From the NCBI GenBank assembly GCA_019828565.1, contig JAHDYR010000015.1, positions 654,886-718,885 of the forward strand: a DNA stretch of 64,000 bases, given 5' to 3'. Below, piece by piece: positions 50,830 through 61,342 of the stretch. The notes under the pieces are model-generated. The model did not search any database and was not told the origin of the DNA. It saw only the letters and a program-made list of their open reading frames with translations. The translations under genes and the position numbers were made by a program. The first letter of the stretch is position 1, and each line of letters starts with the position of its first letter. This DNA comes from Carpediemonas membranifera BICM (lineage: Eukaryota; Protista; Fornicata).

Positions 50830-53800
50830 ATGACGAGAACAACTCGAATGCCCGCAATACAGGGCAGCCACGAGTTGCATGCCGTCAATTTACCACATAT
50901 TTCACGCTTTTGCTTCCTTCTGGCGTGCCTGTTGCTCTGCGTTGCACCCGTTAGCTCGCATAGGCTTACCCACGTGCAAGCTGCCGACCACGATGATGTA
51001 TACAACTCCTTCGGCTATAGTGTCTCAGCAGCTGACGACGTTATCGCTGTCGGCGCCCCCGAGGACAGCAGCATCGCCCCCAACGGCGGGTCGGTCTACC
51101 TATTCGCCCACGACGGGACCGAGTGGACCCAGGACAGCAAGCTGCTCCCCGAGTCCGCGTCTGTGGCCAGCTACGGCGCACACGTCGCTGTGAGCCGGGC
51201 CTATCTCTTCGTTGCGAGTGAGAAGAACATCTTCATCTACAACCGCACCACCAACCTCGAGTTGCTCGACTCGTTCGAAGCCGACGCCTCTGATAACGCC
51301 GTGACCTCCCTTACACTGTCTGCTGTGGACGACACCCTCGTCTACTCCTGCGATGGCGGGGGGCTCCACGTCTTCACCCTCGCCGACTCCCACTGGGGCC
51401 TGGCACAGTCGCTGTCCATCCCCACCCTGGCAGATAACGGACTGATCGCTGTTAACGCTACCAGCCTGTGGGTGACCCTGTCGGACGCCACGGTGCACGA
51501 GTACACGGGCGTCGCCGGGGGCTGGAGCGATAACGGGCGCCCCCTGTCTATACCGGCCGCAGACGCCGGGCTGGACGGTGCAGTCACGTTTGGACACTCT
51601 GTGGCCTTCTGGGAGGGCCGCGTGCTCGTCTCTGCCCCCAACATCACGGTCGACTCGATGGCCAACGCTGGTGCAGTTTATGTCTTTGAATGGGACTCGG
51701 GGGCCGGGGCCTACGCTGCCGTCCAGACGCTCACCCATCCGACCCTGTCCGCGGCCAACTTCATGTTCGGCCAAGCCATCGCCGTCTCGGGCAACGTCCT
51801 CGCCGTGTCATGCTCTTATCGCCAGTCCGCAGTGTCGTTCCAACACAACAGCACGAGCGGGCTGTGGGAGTTCCTGGACGAGGCGGCCGACCCCGTGGCC
51901 CCGGTCTCCCGCAAGACCTTCGGGCAGGCCGTAGCCGCGGGTGCCAGCGCCGTCGCTGTGGGCATGCCCGGCTACGAGTTCGGTACCGGCGCCGTGTTCC
52001 TGTTGGAGGGCGGCTGCTCCCCCGGCTACTTCTCCGACTGGGCCGACTGCACCGCCTGTCCCGAGGGCACCTTCACCGTGTCGGGGGTCAGCTGCGTCAA
52101 CTCCTCGGTGGGGTTCACGTCGAGCACCAACAGGTCGTCTGAGGTGCCCTGCAACGACGGGTTCTTCAGTGACTCCGTTGGCACGGATTGCACTCCCGCG
52201 GACGCCGACCACTACGTCCCCGCGGATGGGCTGCCCCACACAAGCCAAGACGCCTGTCCCGCCGGCACCCAGCAGCCCTTCGCCGGCCAGTCGGCCTGCT
52301 ACGCCCCCATTACCCTGGCCTCCGTGGATGCCGCCGCCCTGACCGGTGTTGCAGCCCACTCGAACGTCACCCTCGCCCTCGCTGGCACCAAGGAGGGTCT
52401 CATCGCCGCAGCAAACGGCACCGCGTTCGGACTTACACCCTCGGTCTCGGGCTATGACGTCGCCGCGGCCATGCCTCTGCCGGGTGTCGTGTCTGCCGCG
52501 ACAGTCGGTGCGGACGCATTCATCCTCAGCGTCGTCGGCACAGCTGTGGCCGTGACGAGGGTCGGCATTGACGGGCCCGTCTTCACCCCATCACCCCTCA
52601 TCGCTGTCCAGACGCCAGCCGGGCCCACGCCGTCAATAGGGGCAGACACAGCCTCGCTAGCCCTGGGGCTGCCCTCTTTCAGTCAGAACGGGACCGTCAT
52701 GTTGTTCGACTGGGACGGCCAGCGCCTCTGGACCCACGATGCCAAGGCGGGTAGCGGGGTCGGTCGGGCTGTGGCTGTCTCGGGGTCCTTCGTCGCTGCT
52801 GTGGGGGCCGACGCCACTGTTACCGAGGTGACCCTCCTCGTCCTCAACACCACGGACGCCGCCGTCGACCACAGCGCGGTCATGACCTACACCGCCACGA
52901 ACACGGCCTCCGTGTCCCCTGTCCTGGTTGCCGCGGACGATAGCTTCGTTCTTGGACTGTACACCACCGTCTCCCTGCTGCAGCGGGACACCAGCACGAT
53001 GACCTGGGCCATGGCCGCCAACACCACACTCCCCGGAGCCAGTCAGAACGTCCAGCAGGTCGCCTCGATCTCCTATAACGCTCCCCACGCCGTCGTCGGC
53101 TGCCCCTCTTGTACTGAGGGCGAGGTCACCGGCGTCGCCTACACCATGGCTGTCGCCGGGTCGACTCTCGAGCTGGGTGCGGCCGTCACTGCCGCGCCGG
53201 GCCCGCTGGGGTCTTCCGTGCTGCTAACGCCCGACGCCATGTTCGTCGGGGCGCCCCACACTGGCACTGCGGGCACGCTGTACTATCGCGCCATGCAGTG
53301 CGACGCCGGGTCCCGCCCCTCGTCTGCGGTCGGCTGTGCGGCGTGCGACACCGGATCTTACAGCGCTGGGGGCGACGATACGGCCTGCCACATGGCCGCG
53401 GCCGGGTACTACGTCGCTGACTCCGACAAGACCAAGCAGGTGGTGTGCGACAACGGCCACTACCAGCCGAGCACCGGCCAGAGCTCTTGTGTGACGGCGT
53501 CAATCGACCACTACGTCCCCGCGGACGGACGGCCCCACGCTGTCCAAGACGCCTGTCCCGCCGGCACCCAGCAGCTGGCAATGGGCCAGGCTGCCTGTGT
53601 CGCTATGGCCAACTACACTTACCTTGCCGCGGACGCCCGCTGCGACTACGCCTCATCGACGTCCTGCACTAACATGCGGTTCGGGCAGGCCCTCGCCACC
53701 GTGAACAACACCCTCCTCGTCGGAGCCCCGTACGGCCGGCCCGAGGATGCGTACGAACCATCCGGCGCCAACTTCGTCGAAGCATGGGCCCTCGAGGATG

Positions 53801-56800
53801 GAGCGTGGGTTGTTAGGCAGACCTTGCAGCCGGTCGTCTCCGCCTACTTCGGGTTCGGCCTGGCCGTTAGCGGCGACACCCTTGCTGTGGCGGCCCCAAT
53901 GTTCAACGAAGGCACTGGCGCCGTCTTTATGTACGCCTACAACGCCACGCTGGCCGAGTACGCCAACACCGACGTCATCCAGGGCATCAAGTCGGGTGAT
54001 TCCTTTGGGTACAGCCTGGCCTTCGCCGGGGACAGCGGCGTGCTCGTTGTCGGTGCGCCCAACGCCGTGGTGGCCGGCCAGCCCTGTGTCGGCGCCGTCT
54101 TCACTGTGACCGGGGACGGCGGCCTCTGGGCGATTCAGACGAAGATCGAGTACCCCGGGATAGTGGGCGACGACGAGCACTACTTCGGCCAGGACATAGT
54201 GGCCGCGGGGGCGAGCTTCATGCTGGTCACCTCGGCCGAGACCCTCTTTATGTACAACGTCAGCGGCCTCACCGACACGCCTGTGGTCGTTGCCACCCTT
54301 CCGATCGACAACACGGGCAACACCATCGCGGTGGCAGGCACTGACACGGCCCTTGTCACTGCCTTCCCGTACGAGGACTCCTACACAGGCGTCGTCGCCG
54401 TGTTCGGGGTGGAGTTCGACACCGACAGTCACGCCATCGCCCTCACTGAGCAGTACACCATCGAGGGGCCCGCCAAATACTCCCACTTCGGGTCCAGCGT
54501 CGCCCTGCTCGGGGACCTCCTGCTCGTAGGCTCCGTGGGGGTCGGGCAGTCGCACCTCTACCGCCTCAACTCCACAGCCGGCTCCGCGGACCTGTTGCAG
54601 GTCTATAACGTGTCTGACCCCGGCGCCAGCGTCGTATCGGTCGCCCTTGACGACGGCTTCTTCGCTGCTGGCATCATTGATGGTCCCGAGGACCCCAACG
54701 GTCTCGGTCAGGTCGTCGTCGCCACTGGTTGCCCGGCTGGAACCCAGCCCGACGGTGACTTCTCGACCTGCACCGCGTGCCCCGCTGGTACGTTCTCCCT
54801 CGCCGGATTCCTGCAGTGCGTGTCGGCCAATGAGGGCTACCGCGTCGACAACGGCGACAGGACGCGCCAGGTCCCCTGCAACAACGGGCAGTACCAGCCT
54901 GAAGCGGGCCAGACCGAGTGCATTGCCGCGGACCCCGGCTTCTTCGTCCCGGCAGATGGCGGCCCCCACACCGTCCAGACCATCTGCCCCGCCGGGTCCA
55001 CCCAGCCCGCCCCCGGTCAGCCCGCCTGTCTCACTTCCACACCCGGCTGGACGGCACTGAGCACCCTCCCCGAAGCCCCTGGGCTGGGTGCCGTCGTCTG
55101 CACCGACGGGGACGTCTCCGTCGTGCTCGACACCAGCGGCGTGGTCTACGTCATGACCCACACCGCGGTGCTCGGTTGGGTCTACTCTGAGAAGCTGCAA
55201 TCCACGGGTGCCGACGCGGTGCTCGGTGCGGGTCTCCTGGCTCTGGTGACGCCGTCGTCAGTGGCCGTCTTCAACACGACCGACCTTGCTCTGCTGACCA
55301 CCTTCAGCACGACCCAGCCGACCACGTTGAACGCTGCGGTGGCCATTGATGCGGAGGCCGGTCTCCTGGCCGTCTCCTTCCCTAGTGAGGCCAACGTCAC
55401 CGTCGTCGACACGTCCTGGGCGGTCGTCGCGACCCTCGTCCCCCCGGCCCGTGCGGACGTCACAGAGTACACCCAGTACGGCACGGCCCTCGCCATGGCG
55501 CATGGGACCGTCGTCGTCATCTCTGAGGTCGCCGCGGACGCCGGTAACGTTGCCGTAGACGTCATGGTGGTGGAGACGGCCGCCTTTGACCCCGCGCAGA
55601 GCACGATCATCGCCCACACGGCCTCAGTGACCACAGTAGCGACGGATGGGGCGACCCTCGTCATCCCGTCGTCGACAGCGACCGACGTGGCCGTGCTCTG
55701 CTATCACACCAGCGGCTGGGCGTGCGACGGCGCCATCACCCTCGCCGACCTCGGCCTGGACAGCCCGGTTGCCCCCCACGCGGTCGGGGTCCGCGGGTCT
55801 GTCGCCGTCCTGACCCTGCCCAGCGCCATGTACGTCCTCGAGGGGGCAGCCTCCTCCGACATCACAGTCGTCGCGACACTCCCCGAACCCCCTTCCTCTG
55901 CAGCCCTCAGCGACAGCACGCTCCTCCTCGGCCTGGCCAACTCCACTGTGCTGGCCTTCACCGCGGGATGTGCTGCTGGATCCGCCCCCGAGTCCGGCAT
56001 CTTCTGTGCGGCCTGTCCGCCCGGCACCTACGCCCCCGCTGGCTCCTTCCACTGCTACCCCGCGGATCCCGGTTACTACGCCCCCGAGGACCAGGACGCC
56101 CAGCTTCCCTGCCACGACGGCCAGTACCAGCCGGATGCTGGCCAGGTCGCTTGTCTCGACAGTCCGGTCGGTACGTACGTCCCCGCTGACGGCCAGCCGC
56201 ATACAGAGTTCACCATATGCGCCGAGGGCACCTTCGCCCGTCTGACGGGGCAGTATGCGTGCTTCGAGGACCGCACGTACGTCAAGCTGACGTCCCCCAC
56301 CCCTGGTACCGGCCACACCTTCGGGTACGCCGGGGCAGCCACTGACAACTTCGTGCTGACAGCCGACATCGGGGCAGAGAAGGCCTTCGTGTACACGTGG
56401 GACAGCGCTGGGGATGAGCTCCAGCTGTCCGACACGATCGACCAGATCACTGTGCCGGCAGTCCTTGTGGCCGGTCCGTGGCTGTTCCTGTCGGTGTACT
56501 CTGCTTCCTTCGACGAGGAGGGGGCTAGGGGTGTCGGCGAGGTCCGCGTGTACAGCCTGACCGACGGCATGCCCGACTGGACCACCTACACCGCCATCAC
56601 CAACACGACGGACCAGCATACCGCGTTCACGGGGTTCGGGGCCGCCACAGCCTTCGATAACGGCACGCTGGCCGTCGGATGTCCCAACTGCACCAGCGAT
56701 AACGGCGCCGTCCTGCTCTACCGCTTCACCGATGGCGCCTGGGCGATGACGCACAACATCACTGCCCCCGACGAGCTCTACACCATGTACGAGTTCGGGA

Positions 56801-58467
56801 GCGAGGTACACTTGAAGGGTGACACCCTCGTTGTGTCCAGCAGCGAGATGTACGCCGTGATCTATAGATATAACTCGACCGCCGACTCCTGGGAGTTGAC
56901 ACAGTTCCTCGAGGCGTTCGGAGACGACGATGATATGGTGGCTGTCGGTCTCGGCGAAGGTGTCCTCCTTGCCGGCCCGTATATCTACACGCTGAACGCC
57001 AGCAACGTGTGGCAGCAGGGGGCAAACTACACTGAGGTCACCGCGGCCGCCATCCCTCGTATCAATGTCGTCGGCAGCAAGTTCTACGCATCGACTGTCG
57101 ACGGGACCATCATCGTCGAGCAGCGGGCGGACGGACGCTACCGGCCAACACATGTCATCGAACCCCTGCCCGGCGACGACGAGTCGACCTTCGCGGAGAG
57201 ACTGGCGCACACAGTACACGGGGTTTATGCCTCGGCCAAGGTCATCCTGTTCGCCATGCCCTTCCTGGACGACGGGGCTGGGGCCGTCGCCTACTATCCG
57301 GCTACATGCCCCCCGGGCACCTTCACCAGCGACGACCTCTGCGTCCCCTGCCCCGCGGGCACCTACTCCAATGCCACCGACGTCGCCGCATGCACGCCCG
57401 CGTCGATTGGCTACATGGTCGACCCGAACTCTGGTAGGACGGGCCAGTTGCCCTGTGATGACGGTACATACCAGCCCGAGGCCGGCCAGGACGTGTGCAT
57501 CGCCTGCCCGTCCGGCTACAGCACCCCTGAGACCGGTGCGGGCTTCAGTGGGTGTGTCCGCTGGACTCCGGCCGCGCCTAAGATCAGCCGGACGGACGCC
57601 GTCCGACTCGCGACCAGGAACATGGCCAGCAGGCCGATCAGCGCGTCATTTGGTGCGGACGGTGCATGCCGGCTGGTCACCGACGGCGACGACGTCATCG
57701 TCGTCCCCGTCATCACGGCCCCTCTCGCCGCAGGAGACTACCCCGTGACTGTGATCCTCGCCGACGGGTCGAGCACGGCCATGACGGTCTCCGTGGACGA
57801 CCTGCCCTTCCCCACAGAGACGACGCTCAGCCTGGACGGGGAGCTCCGCGCCAGCACGACAGGGTCGGTATGCCCCGCGTCTATGGGCGTCGGGGCGGCC
57901 GCAGCTGCACTATCCGACGTCACTGTGTCTGGCGGTGTCATCAGCTGCGTCGCTGCAGCCACCACGACCGCCTCGGCCCTGAAGACCTTCAACCCCCACC
58001 GCGTCAGCACTACCAACAGGATCTGTGTGGGTTTCGACGGGCTCAACGTTACGTCGGCAGCCTCCCTGTCGATGCGGGTCGCCGGGAGCACCGTGGGGGT
58101 GGCCGTCCGCGACCACGCCTTCTGTTCCACGGCCAGCTACGACATCGCGGCAGTGGACCGTATTTCCACGACGGTGGAGGCCTTTTACTCGGACGCTTCC
58201 TTCTTCAAGACGACGCTGACGCTGGTCGAGTCATCTTGGTTGTCCATCGCCGCCATCGCATTTGGCGTCGGTCTCTTCATGGTCATCCTTCTCTGCCTCT
58301 CGGCATGCGCCCTCGTCGCGGTCTGCGCTGGGTTAGCCCTTGCAACCGGCACGGGGGCCTTCGTGTTCAAGCGCAAGCGCGGTGGTTCAGCCGATGAGGT
58401 GGTGGTTCCCAACGCCGTCCACGGGAAGGGAAGCAACGCCGTGGTGCCATCGGACAAGCAGATTTAA
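50830..58467 (+). CDS. Very large type I surface protein: five FG-GAP-like beta-propeller modules alternating with ephrin-receptor-like (GCC2/GCC3) Cys-rich repeats, TM helix and short tail
   Basis: Signal-like FCFLLACLLLCVAPVSS; FGYSVSA..IAVGAP, FGQALA..LLVGAP, FGYSLA..VVGAP; repeated CxxCPxGT(F/Y) and YVPADGxPHxxQxxCPAGTxQ; C-terminal TM then FKRKR. Start at 50830 or 50848. Confidence 0.88.
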   Translation: MTRTTRMPAIQGSHELHAVNLPHISRFCFLLACLLLCVAPVSSHRLTHVQAADHDDVYNSFGYSVSAADDVIAVGAPEDSSIAPNGGSVYLFAHDGTEWTQDSKLLPESASVASYGAHVAVSRAYLFVASEKNIFIYNRTTNLELLDSFEADASDNAVTSLTLSAVDDTLVYSCDGGGLHVFTLADSHWGLAQSLSIPTLADNGLIAVNATSLWVTLSDATVHEYTGVAGGWSDNGRPLSIPAADAGLDGAVTFGHSVAFWEGRVLVSAPNITVDSMANAGAVYVFEWDSGAGAYAAVQTLTHPTLSAANFMFGQAIAVSGNVLAVSCSYRQSAVSFQHNSTSGLWEFLDEAADPVAPVSRKTFGQAVAAGASAVAVGMPGYEFGTGAVFLLEGGCSPGYFSDWADCTACPEGTFTVSGVSCVNSSVGFTSSTNRSSEVPCNDGFFSDSVGTDCTPADADHYVPADGLPHTSQDACPAGTQQPFAGQSACYAPITLASVDAAALTGVAAHSNVTLALAGTKEGLIAAANGTAFGLTPSVSGYDVAAAMPLPGVVSAATVGADAFILSVVGTAVAVTRVGIDGPVFTPSPLIAVQTPAGPTPSIGADTASLALGLPSFSQNGTVMLFDWDGQRLWTHDAKAGSGVGRAVAVSGSFVAAVGADATVTEVTLLVLNTTDAAVDHSAVMTYTATNTASVSPVLVAADDSFVLGLYTTVSLLQRDTSTMTWAMAANTTLPGASQNVQQVASISYNAPHAVVGCPSCTEGEVTGVAYTMAVAGSTLELGAAVTAAPGPLGSSVLLTPDAMFVGAPHTGTAGTLYYRAMQCDAGSRPSSAVGCAACDTGSYSAGGDDTACHMAAAGYYVADSDKTKQVVCDNGHYQPSTGQSSCVTASIDHYVPADGRPHAVQDACPAGTQQLAMGQAACVAMANYTYLAADARCDYASSTSCTNMRFGQALATVNNTLLVGAPYGRPEDAYEPSGANFVEAWALEDGAWVVRQTLQPVVSAYFGFGLAVSGDTLAVAAPMFNEGTGAVFMYAYNATLAEYANTDVIQGIKSGDSFGYSLAFAGDSGVLVVGAPNAVVAGQPCVGAVFTVTGDGGLWAIQTKIEYPGIVGDDEHYFGQDIVAAGASFMLVTSAETLFMYNVSGLTDTPVVVATLPIDNTGNTIAVAGTDTALVTAFPYEDSYTGVVAVFGVEFDTDSHAIALTEQYTIEGPAKYSHFGSSVALLGDLLLVGSVGVGQSHLYRLNSTAGSADLLQVYNVSDPGASVVSVALDDGFFAAGIIDGPEDPNGLGQVVVATGCPAGTQPDGDFSTCTACPAGTFSLAGFLQCVSANEGYRVDNGDRTRQVPCNNGQYQPEAGQTECIAADPGFFVPADGGPHTVQTICPAGSTQPAPGQPACLTSTPGWTALSTLPEAPGLGAVVCTDGDVSVVLDTSGVVYVMTHTAVLGWVYSEKLQSTGADAVLGAGLLALVTPSSVAVFNTTDLALLTTFSTTQPTTLNAAVAIDAEAGLLAVSFPSEANVTVVDTSWAVVATLVPPARADVTEYTQYGTALAMAHGTVVVISEVAADAGNVAVDVMVVETAAFDPAQSTIIAHTASVTTVATDGATLVIPSSTATDVAVLCYHTSGWACDGAITLADLGLDSPVAPHAVGVRGSVAVLTLPSAMYVLEGAASSDITVVATLPEPPSSAALSDSTLLLGLANSTVLAFTAGCAAGSAPESGIFCAACPPGTYAPAGSFHCYPADPGYYAPEDQDAQLPCHDGQYQPDAGQVACLDSPVGTYVPADGQPHTEFTICAEGTFARLTGQYACFEDRTYVKLTSPTPGTGHTFGYAGAATDNFVLTADIGAEKAFVYTWDSAGDELQLSDTIDQITVPAVLVAGPWLFLSVYSASFDEEGARGVGEVRVYSLTDGMPDWTTYTAITNTTDQHTAFTGFGAATAFDNGTLAVGCPNCTSDNGAVLLYRFTDGAWAMTHNITAPDELYTMYEFGSEVHLKGDTLVVSSSEMYAVIYRYNSTADSWELTQFLEAFGDDDDMVAVGLGEGVLLAGPYIYTLNASNVWQQGANYTEVTAAAIPRINVVGSKFYASTVDGTIIVEQRADGRYRPTHVIEPLPGDDESTFAERLAHTVHGVYASAKVILFAMPFLDDGAGAVAYYPATCPPGTFTSDDLCVPCPAGTYSNATDVAACTPASIGYMVDPNSGRTGQLPCDDGTYQPEAGQDVCIACPSGYSTPETGAGFSGCVRWTPAAPKISRTDAVRLATRNMASRPISASFGADGACRLVTDGDDVIVVPVITAPLAAGDYPVTVILADGSSTAMTVSVDDLPFPTETTLSLDGELRASTTGSVCPASMGVGAAAAALSDVTVSGGVISCVAAATTTASALKTFNPHRVSTTNRICVGFDGLNVTSAASLSMRVAGSTVGVAVRDHAFCSTASYDIAAVDRISTTVEAFYSDASFFKTTLTLVESSWLSIAAIAFGVGLFMVILLCLSACALVAVCAGLALATGTGAFVFKRKRGGSADEVVVPNAVHGKGSNAVVPSDKQI
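52207..53575 (+). repeat. Near-identical 70-bp intragenic repeats (52207..52276 and 53506..53575)
   Basis: gaccactacgtccccgcgga...caagacgcctgtcccgccggcacccagcagc occurs in two Cys-rich modules. Confidence 0.8.
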
Positions 58468-59996
58468 GCTGCTGTAAATACATCAGTGTCAGCTGCCGTT
58501 GAAAGGTCGACTGGGCTGCCCTGTGGTGCTGGCCTCGGTGTGAAGTGCTTGAAGGGGGCAAAACAGTCGATGCTCTCGGAAACGAGGCTACTTCTGCCTG
58601 ACCTACGAGCAAGCTGCCACTTGGAAATAAAAGCAACCGCATCAGTCATGTGGACTAACGATTGACACATTCACCCATTATGTTTGGCATAACAGTAGGG
58701 TTGACCCTCTAATGCACTGAATTGGAAATTCGATTCAATGATGGTGAATGGTGGGAGCTTCTTATCGCTATGCGTGCGTCACGAACAACCCTGCTTGACA
58801 CAACTGCACAAAGACAGATGACGTAAGACTGAGACGGCTGCGACAGAGTGCCATGTGTATTCCTGACAACCGAACTGTGCATCTTAACGGTACGTAATTG
58901 GCTGCCGCATGTGAATTTAGCTGGTAACTGTCGCGGTATATGGTCGAAATGGAGAATGGAACATATGATTGATGTCTGTACGCATCGCTCGCGCGTTAGG
59001 TAGGTCTGCGGCCCCTCGGTGGCGGGCACCGAACGCCCGGTCAGTAAGGGCTCTGGTTGGATGTGGTTAGAGGTTGGGCAGTAATCAGTTGATGAATTGA
59101 TTTTTACATGTTCGAAAGAAATGGCCGAAGAGAAGCCGGCCACGTTTGCTCGCGAGCGCCGAGCAACTGGCGCCAGGAGGCACCTGGCAGCCGAATTTCG
59201 AGTCTGAGGCCCGTCGGCCGACAAGTAAATTCACTCCCCCCGTTTAGGTTTGGCTAGACAGCCTTGACGTCTGCCAGGTCAGACTTTCATGGCCAAAAAT
59301 GGTAATACGAATCACAATTGAACAACACTCAAAAAACTCGACTATTTGGTCGGCGATAATCGACTATTCCAAATTGATCTAATCAAATTTATATTCCGTT
59401 TGGTGGCCTTGGCCCGTCATCCGCGTCGCCTTCGGCCATCCTCACGGTTTCTGCTGGAGGGATACGATCTGCTCGCGATCGGGACGGATCAAGACCGTAT
59501 CCACAATCATATCTTTCGAGATTTTCTAAATATTTTGACCATCTTTCTCGTGTCCCCGGAATCCTGTTCTGACGCACCCTGACCCAGCAGTGTCAGGGCG
59601 TGAGCCACGCCCGAGGCGTGATAGCTTACATATCGATGATATGCAGTTTGAAGGCAGACAGTGATACACTTACCTGTCTGACCACTCCATGGGGCCTGTC
59701 CCGGTCGTCCAACCACACTCTGCCCCCTTTCTCTGGGGTGCAGTTTATGTCACCACAACTGCCGATGACCCATATGGTGGCGATGTGGAGCCCTAGCTAG
59801 TTACCTTGCTACTCATTATCTCCTATAACATAATCCTCGCGCGGATTCGCATGTTTCTCTCTCATTTAGATCTGTTCAGCCTCTCACAGCTCACGAACAG
59901 AGGGATGCGTGAAGCAAACCCTTGATGTTACTCTATCTAACCGAATAGTGTCCTCAATATACCTCAATAGTGAGTTAGAATCCTTCCACGTTCCCT

Positions 59997-61342
59997 TTGC
60001 CATCACTACGACTACTGGGACGCCCGCCAAGATCATGTCCGCTGCTGCACCTCGACGAAGGCCGTGGAGCCTTGCGCCATGTCCGAACTGGCTTTTGCTA
60101 TCCAGTCGAAGAAGATGAACTTAAGGTCCTACGCAAGGAACTACTCCTCATGAACGCTCGTGTGCAGGAGCTGCAGAGGAACGCCCGCAACGAGGGCTGG
60201 TCCAAGCCTCAGTCCTCCTCAATGCGCGAGGAAGCTGATTGGATCGAGCGCATATACCGTATGATGCGCTACGAGGAGCCGATCGACATCGACGTCATCT
60301 TGCTCGAGCTCTACGCACGCCACCGATCTCTCGACATCAAGGACCGTTACGGCTACCAGGCAGCCGCAGCTGTGAGCATCGCTTCAAAGGCTTTCATCGC
60401 CACCCCGCCGAGAGACGCCCAACACGCCGATGTTGCCACGCGCCAACTGGAGCTCGAGTAGCGCATTCTTCACACGCTGGCAAAATTTCCCCGTCTGGCC
60501 CAGGCTCAGCAAGAGCGCTCCGCCTTCAAGGCGGGCAAGCCCGGACCGAAAAGAAGCCGCCAGTAACAAGCCATCTTCAAGATCTCTCTCACCACCTCTC
60601 ACACTCGCACATCCCTCCTCAACGTCTCTCTCCTCCTCCGAGACTCCTCACATTTCCCACGATAGCCCGTCATCAGCTCTGGTCCGCCTCGGGAGCGCCC
60701 TCAGACGTGGTCTCGTGGATCGAGGCAGGCGTCCCGATCGAGATCACCGGGTCGCCACGTCAGCCCAAGCCCCGACCCCTAATGCCCGCGGCCTCCGAGT
60801 GCCTCCGACCACTCATGCAGGAGCTCGTCAAGTCCCAAGTCGTGCGCATCTGCAGTCGAAGGCCTCGTCTATCTCCCCCATATTCACTACTCCAAAGTCC
60901 GACGGCTCCCCGCGACTGATACACGATCTCAGAACGTTGAACGACGTCACGAAGGAGCGGCGGGTGTTCCGCCTTTTCGGCCTCAAGCGCCTCTTGGAGA
61001 TCGCAGCCCCGGCAGCGCAGTGAAGCTAGACCTACGCTCAGGCTACTACCAACTCGGCGTGAAGCCATCGGACAGAACGCTTCTCGGCTTTGCCTACGCC
61101 GGCCAGTTCTACCAGTTCCAGGTGCTTCCCTTCGGCTGGACAGCAGCGCCTTATGTGTTTCAGCGCGTCATGATATCCGCCGCGTCCATCATATCCCACC
61201 GCTTCGGGGTGAAGGTAGCTGTATATCTGGACGACTGGGCCGTCCTAGCACCGCAGAGCCACCTCAAGCGTGTAGTCCCCGGTATCGTCAAGTGCATGCA
61301 GCAGCTAGGCCTCATCCTCAACCTGGCCAAGTCAATGCTGAC
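59997..61342 (+). mobile_element. Degenerate DIRS/Ngaro-like (tyrosine-recombinase) retrotransposon: gag-like ORF + frameshifted RT, truncated
   Basis: W..SGA...VVSWIEAGV; SPIFTTPKSDGSPRLIHDLRTLN; KLDLRSGYYQL; YQFQVLPFGWTAAPYVF; VYLDDW; LGLILNLAKS, spread over three frames. Upstream coiled-coil ORF with R..L.IKDRYGY. Confidence 0.8.

Noticed and set aside
59666-59781. U1 snRNA candidate (ACACTTACCTG plus a weak Sm-like AGTTTATG)
   Set aside because: No U1-70K loop (GATCACGAAG) or U1A loop (ATTGCAC), and the motif lies within a local hairpin; not annotated without an Infernal hit.
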